From Candidatus Woesearchaeota archaeon (GTDB lineage Archaea; Nanobdellota; Nanobdellia; Woesearchaeales; GW2011-AR4), in NCBI GenBank assembly GCA_016188245.1, contig JACPIE010000040.1, positions 64,365-128,364 of the forward strand: a stretch of 64,000 nt of DNA, written 5' to 3'. Numbering within the stretch: the stretch's first letter is position 1; the number at the start of each line of letters is the position of its first letter. Position numbers and translations under genes: made by a program. The notes beneath the pieces are model-generated. The model saw nothing but the letters and a program-made list of their open reading frames with translations, was not told the origin of the DNA and did not search any database. Of the stretch, positions 16,610 through 26,281 are shown piece after piece.

Positions 16610-19600
16610 ATGAACAAAAATACTGCAAAGAAAATTTTGCTGATGATGATGGTAGTGCTGTCTCTGCTGCAGGCCTCTTATGCCGCAAAATGCGATGACC
16701 TTGCGTGCTCTTCGCAGGGGAAAACGTGCATTATTTCAAAAGGAAATGCAAAATGCGCCGATTACTGCAGAACGAAAAACAATAAAACGGCAGCCCCCGC
16801 AAATGCATGCTCTATTGAAAGAGAGTATTGCAATCCATCAACTTTAAAACTTGAGAGCAGGTGCAATATATGCGGCTGCAATAAAGGAGAAGAGTGCAGG
16901 CCTGACGGAAGATGCGTTAAGGTATGCACTGACGGGACTGAAGGCGGAAAATGCTCTCTGCAAAAGCCATTTTTCTGCAATAACGGGATTTTGGAGCAAA
17001 AATCACAGGTATGCGGCTGCGATACCGGAAAAGAGCCTTATCCTGGCGGAACTTGCGCAAAAACAGGCTTTGTTGAAGACACTAGGAAAGAGGACTTTGC
17101 AGAGGGGGACATTGGGTTTGAGCAGGCTTCATTCGTATTCGACAAAAATTCCAATCTTGTTGAGCAGACAGATTTCATAAAAAAACACAGGAGGGCAGAG
17201 ATTATAGAAGGAGGGATTGAAGACCTTGCACTTCAGGGAGAGCCTTTTGCCTCTTCTAATTATCCCGGGCACCCTAATCTCAGCTATAAGCCAAGCCCCA
17301 TTTGCGTTAAAAGCCTTTTGTTGTTCTGCGACTGGATTTCAGACACAAATGAGCCAAGGCACCAAAACCAGCATATTGGAATAAAGTGGCAAACTCCGCG
17401 GACGTTTGATACTGTCTCATTTGCCCAATCATATCTGCACGCAAAAGGCTACAAAATACAATATTTGAAAGACGGAAGCTGGGTCGATGCAACTCAAGAA
17501 AAATCGCTTAGTTATTACCCAAAAGATTATTCCGCCGATTTAAGCAATTTCAATGAAAAACAAGGGGCAAGGCTCATTGAGACAGCAAGCTTCGAGCCTG
17601 TTACATCAACAGCAATGCGAATATTTTTTCCTGAATGCAGCCTGAACTGCAGAGTGGCAAGATTAAATATTTACAACCGAGATGCTGACGAGCTAAGATT
17701 CGCTCCGTTTATGGGCAACCTTGACTTGGGGCACAGGGGATATTATGACCATGCGGCGTTTGTATCAAAAGTCCACGATACTGAAAATGCAGAAACAAGA
17801 TTTGACAGCATTTCAATGAGCTACAGGATAGTAGGCATTCCAAAATCAAAGGGCGTGAACATAGCCCCTGAAGGAAAGCCGATTACTGATGATTACGATT
17901 TAGAAAATGCAAAACAGCTAAGCGATGACAAGCTCTTGAGCCTTCCAACTATAAATGACAAATGGCTTGTATTCCAAGGAGTTGCATCAAAAATTCCTTT
18001 TTACTGGCTTGTCGCCGGCTCATGGGTGAATGGGTACGCAGGCATAGAATGGGACACCACGAGAAAAATCAACAGAGTAAATGTGTATACGGCCACGCCA
18101 ACTCTGCCGTGCAAATCATTCTATGATGTAGAATACTGGGATGGAAACAAATGGAAAAGGGCTGCAAGAGGCTATAACAAGGCAAGCAACGACTATTTTG
18201 ATATGGAATGCGGCTTTAATTCCAATGTGGTATCAACATTTGCAATGGCAGAAGTTTTTGATACTGTAACCACGACCAAGATAAGGGTAAAGCCGCAGTC
18301 ATGGCTTTATATTGCGGAGATTGAGGCTTTTGAGCCTGAAGAATCAACTGGGTTCCAGGCAGGCACGGCAAACGCATCTGTAAAAGTTCAGATAAAAACA
18401 GCGCCAAGCAACAATGGCAAGGTAGGAATCTGGACTGATTGGATGGGGCCCGATGGAACAGACAAGACTTATTTCACAAAACAAAATGAAAAAATAAACA
18501 TAACCATAAAGACAATTTACGATACTGGATTTAAACCCCCTTCCAGCACCGGACTTAAATTCAATGCATGGTCAAGTCCGGAAAATGCGCATCAATCCGA
18601 TGGAAAATTCACTTCCCGCTCATTCAATCTTGCTAATCTATTCAGCAAAAGCGAAGGGGATTCTATAATCTGGACACTAATGAATCCAAAGTCGGAATGG
18701 GGCGCAAGATATCTTCACAAAACTTTGGCTTTCAATGATAAAATCTGGGTGATAGGCGGGCATTCGTCCACCGGGCAAACAAGGTATGGGTGGTTTAATG
18801 ATGTTTGGTCTTCAGGTGATGGAATCAAGTGGGAAAAAACTTCGCCCCAAAATGATTACATCGGCATGCTAATGGAAACATTCGCAATGACTACTTTGGT
18901 TTACAATGGCAAGATGTGGCATATAGGTGGAAACAATGTAAATTTCCTTCCAGCGAGAGCCAATGTTTTTTCCTCGCCGGATGGATATACCTGGACAGAA
19001 GTTATAAGGCAGGCTGCATGGGTTCCAAGATGGAGCCATTCATCAGTGGTTCACGATAACAAGATGTGGGTTATTGGAGGGTATACAGTAAATCCTTGGG
19101 GCGCATCCAGAACTCAAGTCTATGTTCCGGAATCATATCTTAATGATGTATGGCACTCAACTGACGGAGTGGCATGGACGCAAGCAACCAAAAATGCCTC
19201 ATGGTCGGGAAGATATCAGCATGCATCAGTTGCCTTCGACGGGAAAATATGGGTTATGGGGGGAATCTCCTATAAAGAAGGCGTCGTAAATGATGTATGG
19301 TACTCAGAAGATGGCATTAGTTGGACACTTGCTACACAACATGCCCCATGGAGTCCAAGAAGCAATTTTGAAGCTGTAGTCTACGATGACAAAATCTGGG
19401 TTCTGGGTGGAAGCGGTGCAAGCGACGCTTGGTTCTCAAGCGATGGAGTCAAATGGGCAAGAGCTACTCCGAACTCGGCAGTATTGCAGAGATCAGGATT
19501 CAGCGCAACTGTTTTCAAAAATAAGCTTTACTTTACAGGGGGGATTAAAGACTCAAATTACTTCAATGATGTATGGCATTCTGATTTGGTGGGGTGCGAT

Positions 19601-21037
19601 GCCAATGTCTACCTTTCAATGGACAAAGGCCAGACTTTGGCAAAAATCGGAAGCGCCGTAATGGAAGAAAAAGAAACTGTAAAAACAATAAATGCCGGCA
19701 CCGGCAAATTTGGATGGAAATCTGAAGGCTTCAGCAATGAGAATCTTTTGCTGGTTATAGTGCCGGGCAATGACACATTAAATGCCCAGGATTATTCTGC
19801 CTTCAGCTTGAATGTCCCGGAGGGCGCTGAAATAAGCGAAGTTGCCGCTTCTTTGGAAGGAAAATGCAAAGACATATTCCCGAGCATAGACAGCGTTCGC
19901 TTAAGGGTGGGGTACAGCCTGAAAAATGAGAGCCGTCCATTGACGGGAAGGTATGTGCAATTCAAGGCAATTTTAAGCTCGGGCAACGAAAATATTGCAG
20001 TTGGGTTGGATAATTTGAGGATAGCTTACCCGACATCCGGCAACCTGAAGCCAACTTCGAGTATGAAAGACATTGAAAGCCTTGTGAATGTCCCCATCAA
20101 TTTCACAGCCAATGCGCGCGATATTGACGGAACAATCGCAAAGTATGAATGGGATTTTGGAGACGGGAATATTGGCCATGGAAAGAATGCATTGCATGCA
20201 TATAATGAGTCCGGCATTTATGATGCAGAGCTTATTGTTACTGATGATGGCGAACTAAGCTCGTCAGCAAAATTCAAGGTTTACATCAACACATACAACT
20301 GTTTACTGGATGATGACTATGATTCAACAAAAGCAAACGGGCCTAATTATTTTATGTTCACGCCGACAGACCCATTAATCAGGCAAAAGGCAACTGAAGC
20401 AATCCTTGAGTACGCCCAAGAGAAAAAAATTCCGGCAGTGGACATTGACACCAGCATTGAGTTCTTTGAGGCGGCCAACCTGTACGTCACAAGGCATATG
20501 AGCTACAGCATTATCGGCGATGAAGGTTCGCTGAATACAGGATGGGACGGAGAAGCGGCCCCTGCAAAGAGGCTGTTTTCAGATTCTGCAAAGCCGATTT
20601 CAGAAGGCGGAAAAGGCTGCGCTAATGACTATTGCGGAGACTGCGAGGATTTTGCTGTTGCCACTGAAGCTCTTGTGAGGGCAATGGGCGTAAGCCCAAA
20701 ATGTGCTTATGTAAGCTGCGCGTTAACTCACTGCTGGAATGTTTTGAACATTGCAGGAAAGTTTAGGCTCGTGGAACCTCAAAGTGGCTCAATATACTCC
20801 AAATTCAGCTCGGATGCATACAACTGGAAGAACAAGTTCGGTAATGCGGTCTATGCTTCATTCGAGGTTCACAACGATGAAGTGGGCAGGCACTTTACCA
20901 ATAGCGCAGACCCGGCAAAATACACCCTTAATTATCCGGGATCAAGCGGATTGCCGAATCCTGCAAAAAAATGCCCAGATTATGCAGCCTGGAACGGAGA
21001 GGGCGACAACACATATTTTACAGAAATATGCGGATAA
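16610..21037 (+). CDS. Giant (1475 aa) secreted multidomain protein: Cys-rich N-terminus, two discoidin/F5-8C-like domains, Kelch beta-propeller, PKD domain, C-terminal transglutaminase-like cysteine protease core
   Basis: Signal MNKNTAKKILLMMMVVLSLLQASYAA. Kelch-like repeats: KIWVIGGHS, KMWHIGG, KMWVIGGY, KIWVMGG, KIWVLGG, KLYFTGG (about 18670-19580). PKD: YEWDFGDGNIGHGKNALHAYNESGIYDAELIVTDD. Transglutaminase core: GDCEDFAVATEALVRAMGVSPK...THCWNV...LVEPQ (about 20610-20790). Confidence 0.85.
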   Translation: MNKNTAKKILLMMMVVLSLLQASYAAKCDDLACSSQGKTCIISKGNAKCADYCRTKNNKTAAPANACSIEREYCNPSTLKLESRCNICGCNKGEECRPDGRCVKVCTDGTEGGKCSLQKPFFCNNGILEQKSQVCGCDTGKEPYPGGTCAKTGFVEDTRKEDFAEGDIGFEQASFVFDKNSNLVEQTDFIKKHRRAEIIEGGIEDLALQGEPFASSNYPGHPNLSYKPSPICVKSLLLFCDWISDTNEPRHQNQHIGIKWQTPRTFDTVSFAQSYLHAKGYKIQYLKDGSWVDATQEKSLSYYPKDYSADLSNFNEKQGARLIETASFEPVTSTAMRIFFPECSLNCRVARLNIYNRDADELRFAPFMGNLDLGHRGYYDHAAFVSKVHDTENAETRFDSISMSYRIVGIPKSKGVNIAPEGKPITDDYDLENAKQLSDDKLLSLPTINDKWLVFQGVASKIPFYWLVAGSWVNGYAGIEWDTTRKINRVNVYTATPTLPCKSFYDVEYWDGNKWKRAARGYNKASNDYFDMECGFNSNVVSTFAMAEVFDTVTTTKIRVKPQSWLYIAEIEAFEPEESTGFQAGTANASVKVQIKTAPSNNGKVGIWTDWMGPDGTDKTYFTKQNEKINITIKTIYDTGFKPPSSTGLKFNAWSSPENAHQSDGKFTSRSFNLANLFSKSEGDSIIWTLMNPKSEWGARYLHKTLAFNDKIWVIGGHSSTGQTRYGWFNDVWSSGDGIKWEKTSPQNDYIGMLMETFAMTTLVYNGKMWHIGGNNVNFLPARANVFSSPDGYTWTEVIRQAAWVPRWSHSSVVHDNKMWVIGGYTVNPWGASRTQVYVPESYLNDVWHSTDGVAWTQATKNASWSGRYQHASVAFDGKIWVMGGISYKEGVVNDVWYSEDGISWTLATQHAPWSPRSNFEAVVYDDKIWVLGGSGASDAWFSSDGVKWARATPNSAVLQRSGFSATVFKNKLYFTGGIKDSNYFNDVWHSDLVGCDANVYLSMDKGQTLAKIGSAVMEEKETVKTINAGTGKFGWKSEGFSNENLLLVIVPGNDTLNAQDYSAFSLNVPEGAEISEVAASLEGKCKDIFPSIDSVRLRVGYSLKNESRPLTGRYVQFKAILSSGNENIAVGLDNLRIAYPTSGNLKPTSSMKDIESLVNVPINFTANARDIDGTIAKYEWDFGDGNIGHGKNALHAYNESGIYDAELIVTDDGELSSSAKFKVYINTYNCLLDDDYDSTKANGPNYFMFTPTDPLIRQKATEAILEYAQEKKIPAVDIDTSIEFFEAANLYVTRHMSYSIIGDEGSLNTGWDGEAAPAKRLFSDSAKPISEGGKGCANDYCGDCEDFAVATEALVRAMGVSPKCAYVSCALTHCWNVLNIAGKFRLVEPQSGSIYSKFSSDAYNWKNKFGNAVYASFEVHNDEVGRHFTNSADPAKYTLNYPGSSGLPNPAKKCPDYAAWNGEGDNTYFTEICG

Positions 21038-21039
21038 AA

Positions 21040-22239
21040 ATGAAAAAAATAGTTTTATTTTCAATGTGGTTTTTGGTATTAGCAAGCATAAGCTATGCAA
21101 AAATCGAGTTTTACACGGGCAATGTCGAAGTGAATTCTTTTACAGCAACCGCAGATTTAAAAGACAAGGCTTATGTGGATATGGAGTATATTTTAACCGG
21201 AAATGAAGATGTCACAATTGAATTTAACAATGTCCCAAGCAATGCTGAGATTGCAGTTGGAAATCAAAAGCACGGAAATAAGTTTAATCTGCAGGTAAAG
21301 GGGGAAACGGCGATTAATGTAAAATTCACCGAAGAGCTGGGCAACAGCCCATTGAAGCAGTTCTCGGCAAACCCAAACATACTATTCAACGGAAATGTCA
21401 ATTCACGCCCAATAGCTCATTACAGGGCCAGGATTTTAATGCCCGAAAAAGTTGGTGAGCTGTTGGGCTCAAGCGAAAAGCCGACATCAAGCCAAAAGGT
21501 TGATGAACGGCAATTATTTGAATGGCTCAAGTCAGATTCTTACGCAACTGCTTTGACAATAAGCTGGCACAGCCTTGATGTGGATATTGACGTGCAAAGG
21601 CATATCCCGACCATAATAAATAACCAGTTTACTGTTAGGAATGTGATAAGGAATAACGGAAAAGAAATCAGGAATGTAAAGCTCGTGCAGTCATTTTTGG
21701 AAGGCGATGTTGAGGCAGTTGAGCCATTAAGCGAATTCCAGGTGATACTGGCGGGAAATGACATAAGGACAGAGTGGACAAAAGAAATGCCAGTGGTTGA
21801 TGCCGGCGCCGCAATCACATCTTACTACACGCTCAGGGCAAAAAGAACAGGCGAAAACATTGTTTTCAGGCCTCTCGAAGTTTATGTCGATGGCGTGCTC
21901 GCCAAAATTGTTGAAAGAGAAGAATATTTCAGCGCTCCGGATGTTCTCAATTTGACAAGTTTTACTTCAACTGCTGAATCTGCAATGCGGCTTTTGGTGG
22001 AAACTCCTTCTTCAGAAGGCGAGATGATGCCGGGGCGCCCGATTCCTCCGGAAAGCATACCTGTGCCAGAAGCGGTTAAAGAGCAGATTACGCCTGCAGC
22101 GCCTGAAACAGGAAAAGAAGCAATAAGGCAGGCGGCGGGCAAAAAAAACCAGCTTGTCTTATTGGCTGTGTTTGTAATTCTTGTTGCGCTTGTTACTCTG
22201 GCTTATAGGAAATTCAGGGAGAAAGGCAGGCTGGGATGA
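21040..22239 (+). CDS. Secreted protein with C-terminal TM anchor (400 aa), function unknown
   Basis: Start chosen at MKKIVLFSMWFLVLASISYA (ATG 21040, 2 nt after the upstream stop). The C-terminus is LVLLAVFVILVALVTLAYRKFREKGR. Confidence 0.7.
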   Translation: MKKIVLFSMWFLVLASISYAKIEFYTGNVEVNSFTATADLKDKAYVDMEYILTGNEDVTIEFNNVPSNAEIAVGNQKHGNKFNLQVKGETAINVKFTEELGNSPLKQFSANPNILFNGNVNSRPIAHYRARILMPEKVGELLGSSEKPTSSQKVDERQLFEWLKSDSYATALTISWHSLDVDIDVQRHIPTIINNQFTVRNVIRNNGKEIRNVKLVQSFLEGDVEAVEPLSEFQVILAGNDIRTEWTKEMPVVDAGAAITSYYTLRAKRTGENIVFRPLEVYVDGVLAKIVEREEYFSAPDVLNLTSFTSTAESAMRLLVETPSSEGEMMPGRPIPPESIPVPEAVKEQITPAAPETGKEAIRQAAGKKNQLVLLAVFVILVALVTLAYRKFREKGRLG

Positions 22240-22288
22240 TTTCCCGGGTCCAACCCCAACTTTTATAAACATATCTTCATTCTCGAAA

Positions 22289-22804
22289 ATGATGAAGCGA
22301 TTGAACCTTCCGAAAGAAAGGACATTCATAGGGCCAGCTTTGATTTGGAAAAGGGTGGCGGCTTTTTTCATAGATATTACAGTCATAAACCTTGTTGTGT
22401 TCTTTCCGTTCAGAAAATTATTTCGGGGCATTATGCCGCAGGATTATTCTTTTGCAGAAGCTTATGGGATTTTAAGCAGCACAAGCTATTCGGGCTTTTT
22501 GACTTCAGTTTCTTTGGTTATGTCAGTTTTGGTGATTATGTATTTTTACATGATGGAAAGAAAGATGGCCCAAACAATCGGAAAGATGATAATGAAAGTG
22601 TATGTTGCAGGCGACAATAGTGGCAATAATGGGCCGAAGGCGTGGCAGCTGCTGGCAAGGAATGCCGTATTCATACCTATGTTCCCTTTCATATTGCTGT
22701 GGATTTTGGACCCTTTATTCATGTTTTTTACCAAAACAAACCAAAGATTAAGCGAGATACTTGGCAAAACAAGAGTGGTTGAAACATACAGCCTGGAGCA
22801 GTAA
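22289..22804 (+). CDS. RDD-family-like membrane protein
   Basis: WKRVAAFFIDITVINLVVFF fits the R...D pattern, with 3 predicted TM. Start at MMKRLNL (22289); the ORF extends to 22181 but overlaps the upstream gene. Confidence 0.5.
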   Translation: MMKRLNLPKERTFIGPALIWKRVAAFFIDITVINLVVFFPFRKLFRGIMPQDYSFAEAYGILSSTSYSGFLTSVSLVMSVLVIMYFYMMERKMAQTIGKMIMKVYVAGDNSGNNGPKAWQLLARNAVFIPMFPFILLWILDPLFMFFTKTNQRLSEILGKTRVVETYSLEQ

Positions 22805-22815
22805 CAGGCACCCCA

Positions 22816-23019
22816 ATGGCAAAAATGGCAGAAGAGCAAAAAGTATTTTTGTTGAGGGTAGATGTGATGACAAACAACATACAGACATCAATGAAAACCC
22901 AGAATGTTTCTCCCCAGGAGGCAATCGGATTTTTGGAGATGGCAAAAGACCAGATACTTGACAACCTGAAGCAGGGAAGGAAGGACATATTCCAGGCTTT
23001 CAAGAAAGATGAGGGCTAG
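22816..23019 (+). CDS. Small hypothetical protein (67 aa)
   Basis: ORF only, tightly packed before sppA (the stop abuts ATG 23020). Confidence 0.4.
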   Translation: MAKMAEEQKVFLLRVDVMTNNIQTSMKTQNVSPQEAIGFLEMAKDQILDNLKQGRKDIFQAFKKDEG

Positions 23020-23940
23020 ATGGAAAAATCAGATTTCAGGTGGGGCTATGCGATATTTGTGCTGCTGCTCTTAAGCATACTCGGATTTATGGCAGCCGGA
23101 ATATTAAGCTTGTTTGTAGGTGTGAATGTCAATAGCCTGGGCGGGAATGTTGCGCTGATACCAATAGGTGGGGTCATTGTCGGAACAGATGATTCCGGAT
23201 TCCTCTTTGAAAGCGTCACAGCCTCTCCGGACGCCATTGAACTCATAGAAAAAGCCGATAAAAATCCGGGCATAAAAGCGATAGTTCTTGAAATAAACAG
23301 CCCGGGAGGATCGGCAGTCGCTTCAGAAGAGATAGCAAATGCCGTCAGGAAAACAAACAAGACAACTGTCGCATGGATACGTGAAGTTGGAGCTTCAGGA
23401 GCTTATTGGATTGCTTCTGCCTCAGACCATATTGTTGCAAACAAAGTTTCTATAACCGGCTCGATTGGAGTTATTGCCTCGTACCTTGAATTTCCTGGGC
23501 TATTGGAAGACTACAATGTGACTTACAGGAGGCTTGTCTCGGGAAAATATAAGGACATGGGGAGCCCTTTCAAGGAGATGACTGATGAAGAAAAAGCAAT
23601 TTTCCAGCAGAATCTGGATCTAATAAGGGACTATTTTGTAAGTGAGGTTGCTAAAAACAGGAATTTGAGCAAAAAAGATGTTGATAAGGTTGCAAATGGG
23701 CTGTTTTATCTTGGCATTCAGGCAAAAGAGCTTGGGCTGGTTGATGAGGTTGGAGGCAAAGACGAGGTTATAGCTTATGTTGAAAAAAAAGAAGGCATAA
23801 AGGCTGAGATTGTCGAATACAAAAAGGAGAAAGGTTTGCTTGAAATTTTGGGAGAAATTTTCAGCAGGCAGTCTTTTTTTGTCGGCAGGGGCATTGGGAG
23901 CAGCTTGCTTGATAAGGGCAATTTAAGGATTGAAACTTGA
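23020..23940 (+). CDS. sppA: Signal peptide peptidase SppA (S49, 36K type)
   Basis: VLEINSPGGSAVASEEI and GASGAYWIASASDHIVANKVSITGSIGV motifs, with an N-terminal TM. Confidence 0.85.
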   Translation: MEKSDFRWGYAIFVLLLLSILGFMAAGILSLFVGVNVNSLGGNVALIPIGGVIVGTDDSGFLFESVTASPDAIELIEKADKNPGIKAIVLEINSPGGSAVASEEIANAVRKTNKTTVAWIREVGASGAYWIASASDHIVANKVSITGSIGVIASYLEFPGLLEDYNVTYRRLVSGKYKDMGSPFKEMTDEEKAIFQQNLDLIRDYFVSEVAKNRNLSKKDVDKVANGLFYLGIQAKELGLVDEVGGKDEVIAYVEKKEGIKAEIVEYKKEKGLLEILGEIFSRQSFFVGRGIGSSLLDKGNLRIET

Positions 23941-24145
23941 TTCCATGTACAGGCACATAATCAGGCTGGTTAAGTCGATTCTTGGAGTTATTTTAATAAT
24001 AATCGGGGTTATCTCCGGATTTATCCCCATAATACAGGGCTGGATTTTCGTGCTTGCAGGCCTGCTTCTTCTCGGAGTAAAAGAAAAAACAATAAAAGGA
24101 TGGGTTAAGGATGCTAAGGAATGGCTTAAGAGTCTGAAATTTTGA
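23930..24145 (+). CDS. Small 2-TM membrane protein (PGPGW-like)
   Basis: 71-aa ORF overlapping the sppA end. ILIIIGVISGFIPIIQGWIFVLAGLLLLG. Confidence 0.45.
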   Translation: MKLDSMYRHIIRLVKSILGVILIIIGVISGFIPIIQGWIFVLAGLLLLGVKEKTIKGWVKDAKEWLKSLKF

Positions 24146-24292
24146 AATCTTTAAAAGAAAATTAATTTAAAATATTTTTGGCAGAGGCTTTGCAAAAAGC
24201 CAGTAGATGATACCTTATCCAAAGATTAAGTTAAAGTAACAGTCTCCGCCAACCTAAAGTAATTTAAATAAGTTGTGTCACTGATTGGAGGG

Positions 24293-24757
24293 ATGAGGAA
24301 AGTATATCGTGTAGCCGGACGGGTAAACGTGCGATATAGCGTATATGGAATCTTGTGCATGGTCTTATTTTCCCTGACCATCTTAGTGTGGTATGGCACC
24401 GACTTATCAGCGACGCACTTTGGCAGTGCTTTAACGCCAATTCTCGTTGTGCTGATCTTGGTGACAACGTTGGCAATGGTGAAAAAGGATGCGTATTTAG
24501 GTCAGTTTCTACGCCCGTCGTGGCGGAAATTCATAATCACGGCTTTTGTGGTGTTTGTCCTGCCGTTTCCTATCTACTCTTGCCCCTATGGTTGCAAATG
24601 GGAGCTGATGTGGATAATCAATCTAGTATTTCCTGGGCTTTTTGTTGTCATAGCCGCGCCCGCTAGTTGGTTTGCCATGGTCATTCAATTCTTCGTGTAC
24701 GTCGCCGTGACCTATGTCTGCGTGAGCCTGATTCTGAGAAGGAGTAAAAATCCATAG
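24293..24757 (+). CDS. Polytopic membrane protein, compositionally atypical (CG-containing codons)
   Basis: ORF 24275-24757; first ATG at 24293 about 25 nt after AATTTAAATAAG. Uses CGT/CGG/GCG/ACG/TCG codons, which are visibly rare in neighbouring genes. Confidence 0.5.
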   Translation: MRKVYRVAGRVNVRYSVYGILCMVLFSLTILVWYGTDLSATHFGSALTPILVVLILVTTLAMVKKDAYLGQFLRPSWRKFIITAFVVFVLPFPIYSCPYGCKWELMWIINLVFPGLFVVIAAPASWFAMVIQFFVYVAVTYVCVSLILRRSKNP

Positions 24758-24892
24758 GTAAGTCTGGACCAAAAAAAGTAATATATACGCTTCTCAACAT
24801 TATATGGCTAGTTGCTATGATGGCATTAGTTGTAAAAGTATACGGTTAATCTTTTTCTTTAAAATTTTTAGTGTAGCTCTTGATAATTGCAC

Positions 24893-24908
24893 TTGTATGT
24901 GCACAATT
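24893..24908. repeat. Left 16-bp inverted repeat TTGTATGTGCACAATT bracketing the fic gene
   Basis: Exact reverse complement of 25894-25909 (AATTGTGCACATACAA). Confidence 0.9.
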
Positions 24909-24952
24909 AACCGAAAGATTTATATATTATGTGCCCATACAATATTGTATGG
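24909..24952 (+). promoter_or_regulatory. fic promoter (AACCGAAAGATTTATATA) plus 18-bp palindrome CCATACAATATTGTATGG over the start codon
   Basis: The BRE/TATA core is identical to the recurrent block core. The perfect palindrome at 24935-24952 contains ATG 24949. Confidence 0.7.
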
Positions 24953-25887
24953 CCTATACAGAAACAATAAAACGGAATAATAAGGAATATTACTACCTTA
25001 CAAAAAATGTAAGGCTCAGCTTAAACAAATGGAAGAAAATCAGGATTTTCTTAGGAGATAAAAAACCTTCACAAGAAGAACTGAAAAAACATGCCAAAGA
25101 GATAGAAGATAAATCAAAACCATTCTTAAAATTATCAAACTATTCTTACCTCTCAGAGCACGACGCAGAAACCTTACAAGATTTAAAAGAAAGTTATAGC
25201 ACATGGCTTAAACATATTCCAAAAAGTGTGAAAGAAAAGCTAAATGAGGATTTCGTAATACGTTTTACATACCATTCCAATGCAATTGAAGGCAATCGGC
25301 TTACATTAAGGCAGACTGCCCTTATCCTAAAAGATAAAGTAATACCTTCTGGGGTACGTGCAGAAGATTACAATGAAGCAATAAACGGAAAAGAATGTCT
25401 GGATTATATAAAATTTTATAAAGGCGAATTAAACACGAAATTCCTTGAAAGAATAAATGGAATTCTAACAAAAAACACAGGGGTTGTTTATGGAGGAAGA
25501 ATCAGATTTTTTGATGTGCAGATACAAGGTTCAACGCATGTTCCACCTTCTCATGCTGAAGTCAAAAAACACATGCTTAATTTCCTTAAGTGGCATAGTG
25601 CAAATAAAAATAAATTGCATCCTTTTGAGTTGGCTGTATTGGTTCATGCGAAATTAGCATGGATTCATCCATTTGAAGATGGGAACGGCAGAACTGCAAG
25701 AACAGTCATGAATTTCATTCTAATGAAGCAAAGATTCCCTATGTTTTATATCCCATTTGAGAAAAGAGAAGAGTACTACCAATCATTAGATATTGCCGAT
25801 AAAGGCGATTATAAAGAATATGTATCTAGGATGCTCAGATTGATTATTGATCAGGTAAGAAGTTACGGGCACAATAAAAAAGAATAA
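24949..25887 (+). CDS. fic: Fic/DOC family protein (AMPylase-type)
   Basis: HPFEDGNGRTARTVMNF is the Fic motif HPFx[D/E]GNGRxxR. Start at MAYTETIKRN. Confidence 0.85.
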   Translation: MAYTETIKRNNKEYYYLTKNVRLSLNKWKKIRIFLGDKKPSQEELKKHAKEIEDKSKPFLKLSNYSYLSEHDAETLQDLKESYSTWLKHIPKSVKEKLNEDFVIRFTYHSNAIEGNRLTLRQTALILKDKVIPSGVRAEDYNEAINGKECLDYIKFYKGELNTKFLERINGILTKNTGVVYGGRIRFFDVQIQGSTHVPPSHAEVKKHMLNFLKWHSANKNKLHPFELAVLVHAKLAWIHPFEDGNGRTARTVMNFILMKQRFPMFYIPFEKREEYYQSLDIADKGDYKEYVSRMLRLIIDQVRSYGHNKKE

Positions 25888-25893
25888 TCTTCA

Positions 25894-25909
25894 AATTGTG
25901 CACATACAA
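25894..25909. repeat. Right 16-bp inverted repeat AATTGTGCACATACAA
   Basis: Begins 7 nt after the fic stop; pairs with 24893-24908. Confidence 0.9.
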
Positions 25910-26190
25910 TAATTCCTACAATAAACGCCTCGATTTTACTGCTTTTTACGTAAGTGTGCCCCTTAACTATTGTTCTTGGCGTATCGCTTCGCTTATTTGA
26001 TAGTATGACTTGTGCCCCGAGTAATAACTCTTCGGACGAAGTTTTCCCACACTTTGCATGGAAAAAGATTTTAACAATGGTCCTATAAGATAATTATGGT
26101 CGCAATTTACGAGATAGGCAATTGCGTGTAATGCAGTATAATCAACGCAATTGTCCATATTGCAAATAATTGCTTAAAATTCTGCATTAA

Positions 26191-26231
26191 CATGTCGGAA
26201 ATCCAAGATTTCCGAGCATGCTCAAAAACAC
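26191..26231 (-). repeat. Second copy (inverted) of the hairpin element seen at 4835-4893
   Basis: The reverse complement GTGTTTTTGAGCATGCTCGGAAATCTTGGATTTCCGACATG matches GTGTTTTTGAGCATGCCCGGAAATCTTGGGTTTCCGGCATG with 3 mismatches. Two of these are a compensatory pair in the stem. Confidence 0.7.
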
Positions 26232-26281
26232 TACGCATGTTTTTGATAACCTTTAAAAATAAATTTGTTTTCCGTCTTCAA

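Noticed and set aside
25967-26158. 63-aa minus-strand ORF between fic and the S8 protease
   Set aside because: It has no promoter-like element, no motif and an odd composition. It is more likely non-coding spacer or a decayed remnant.
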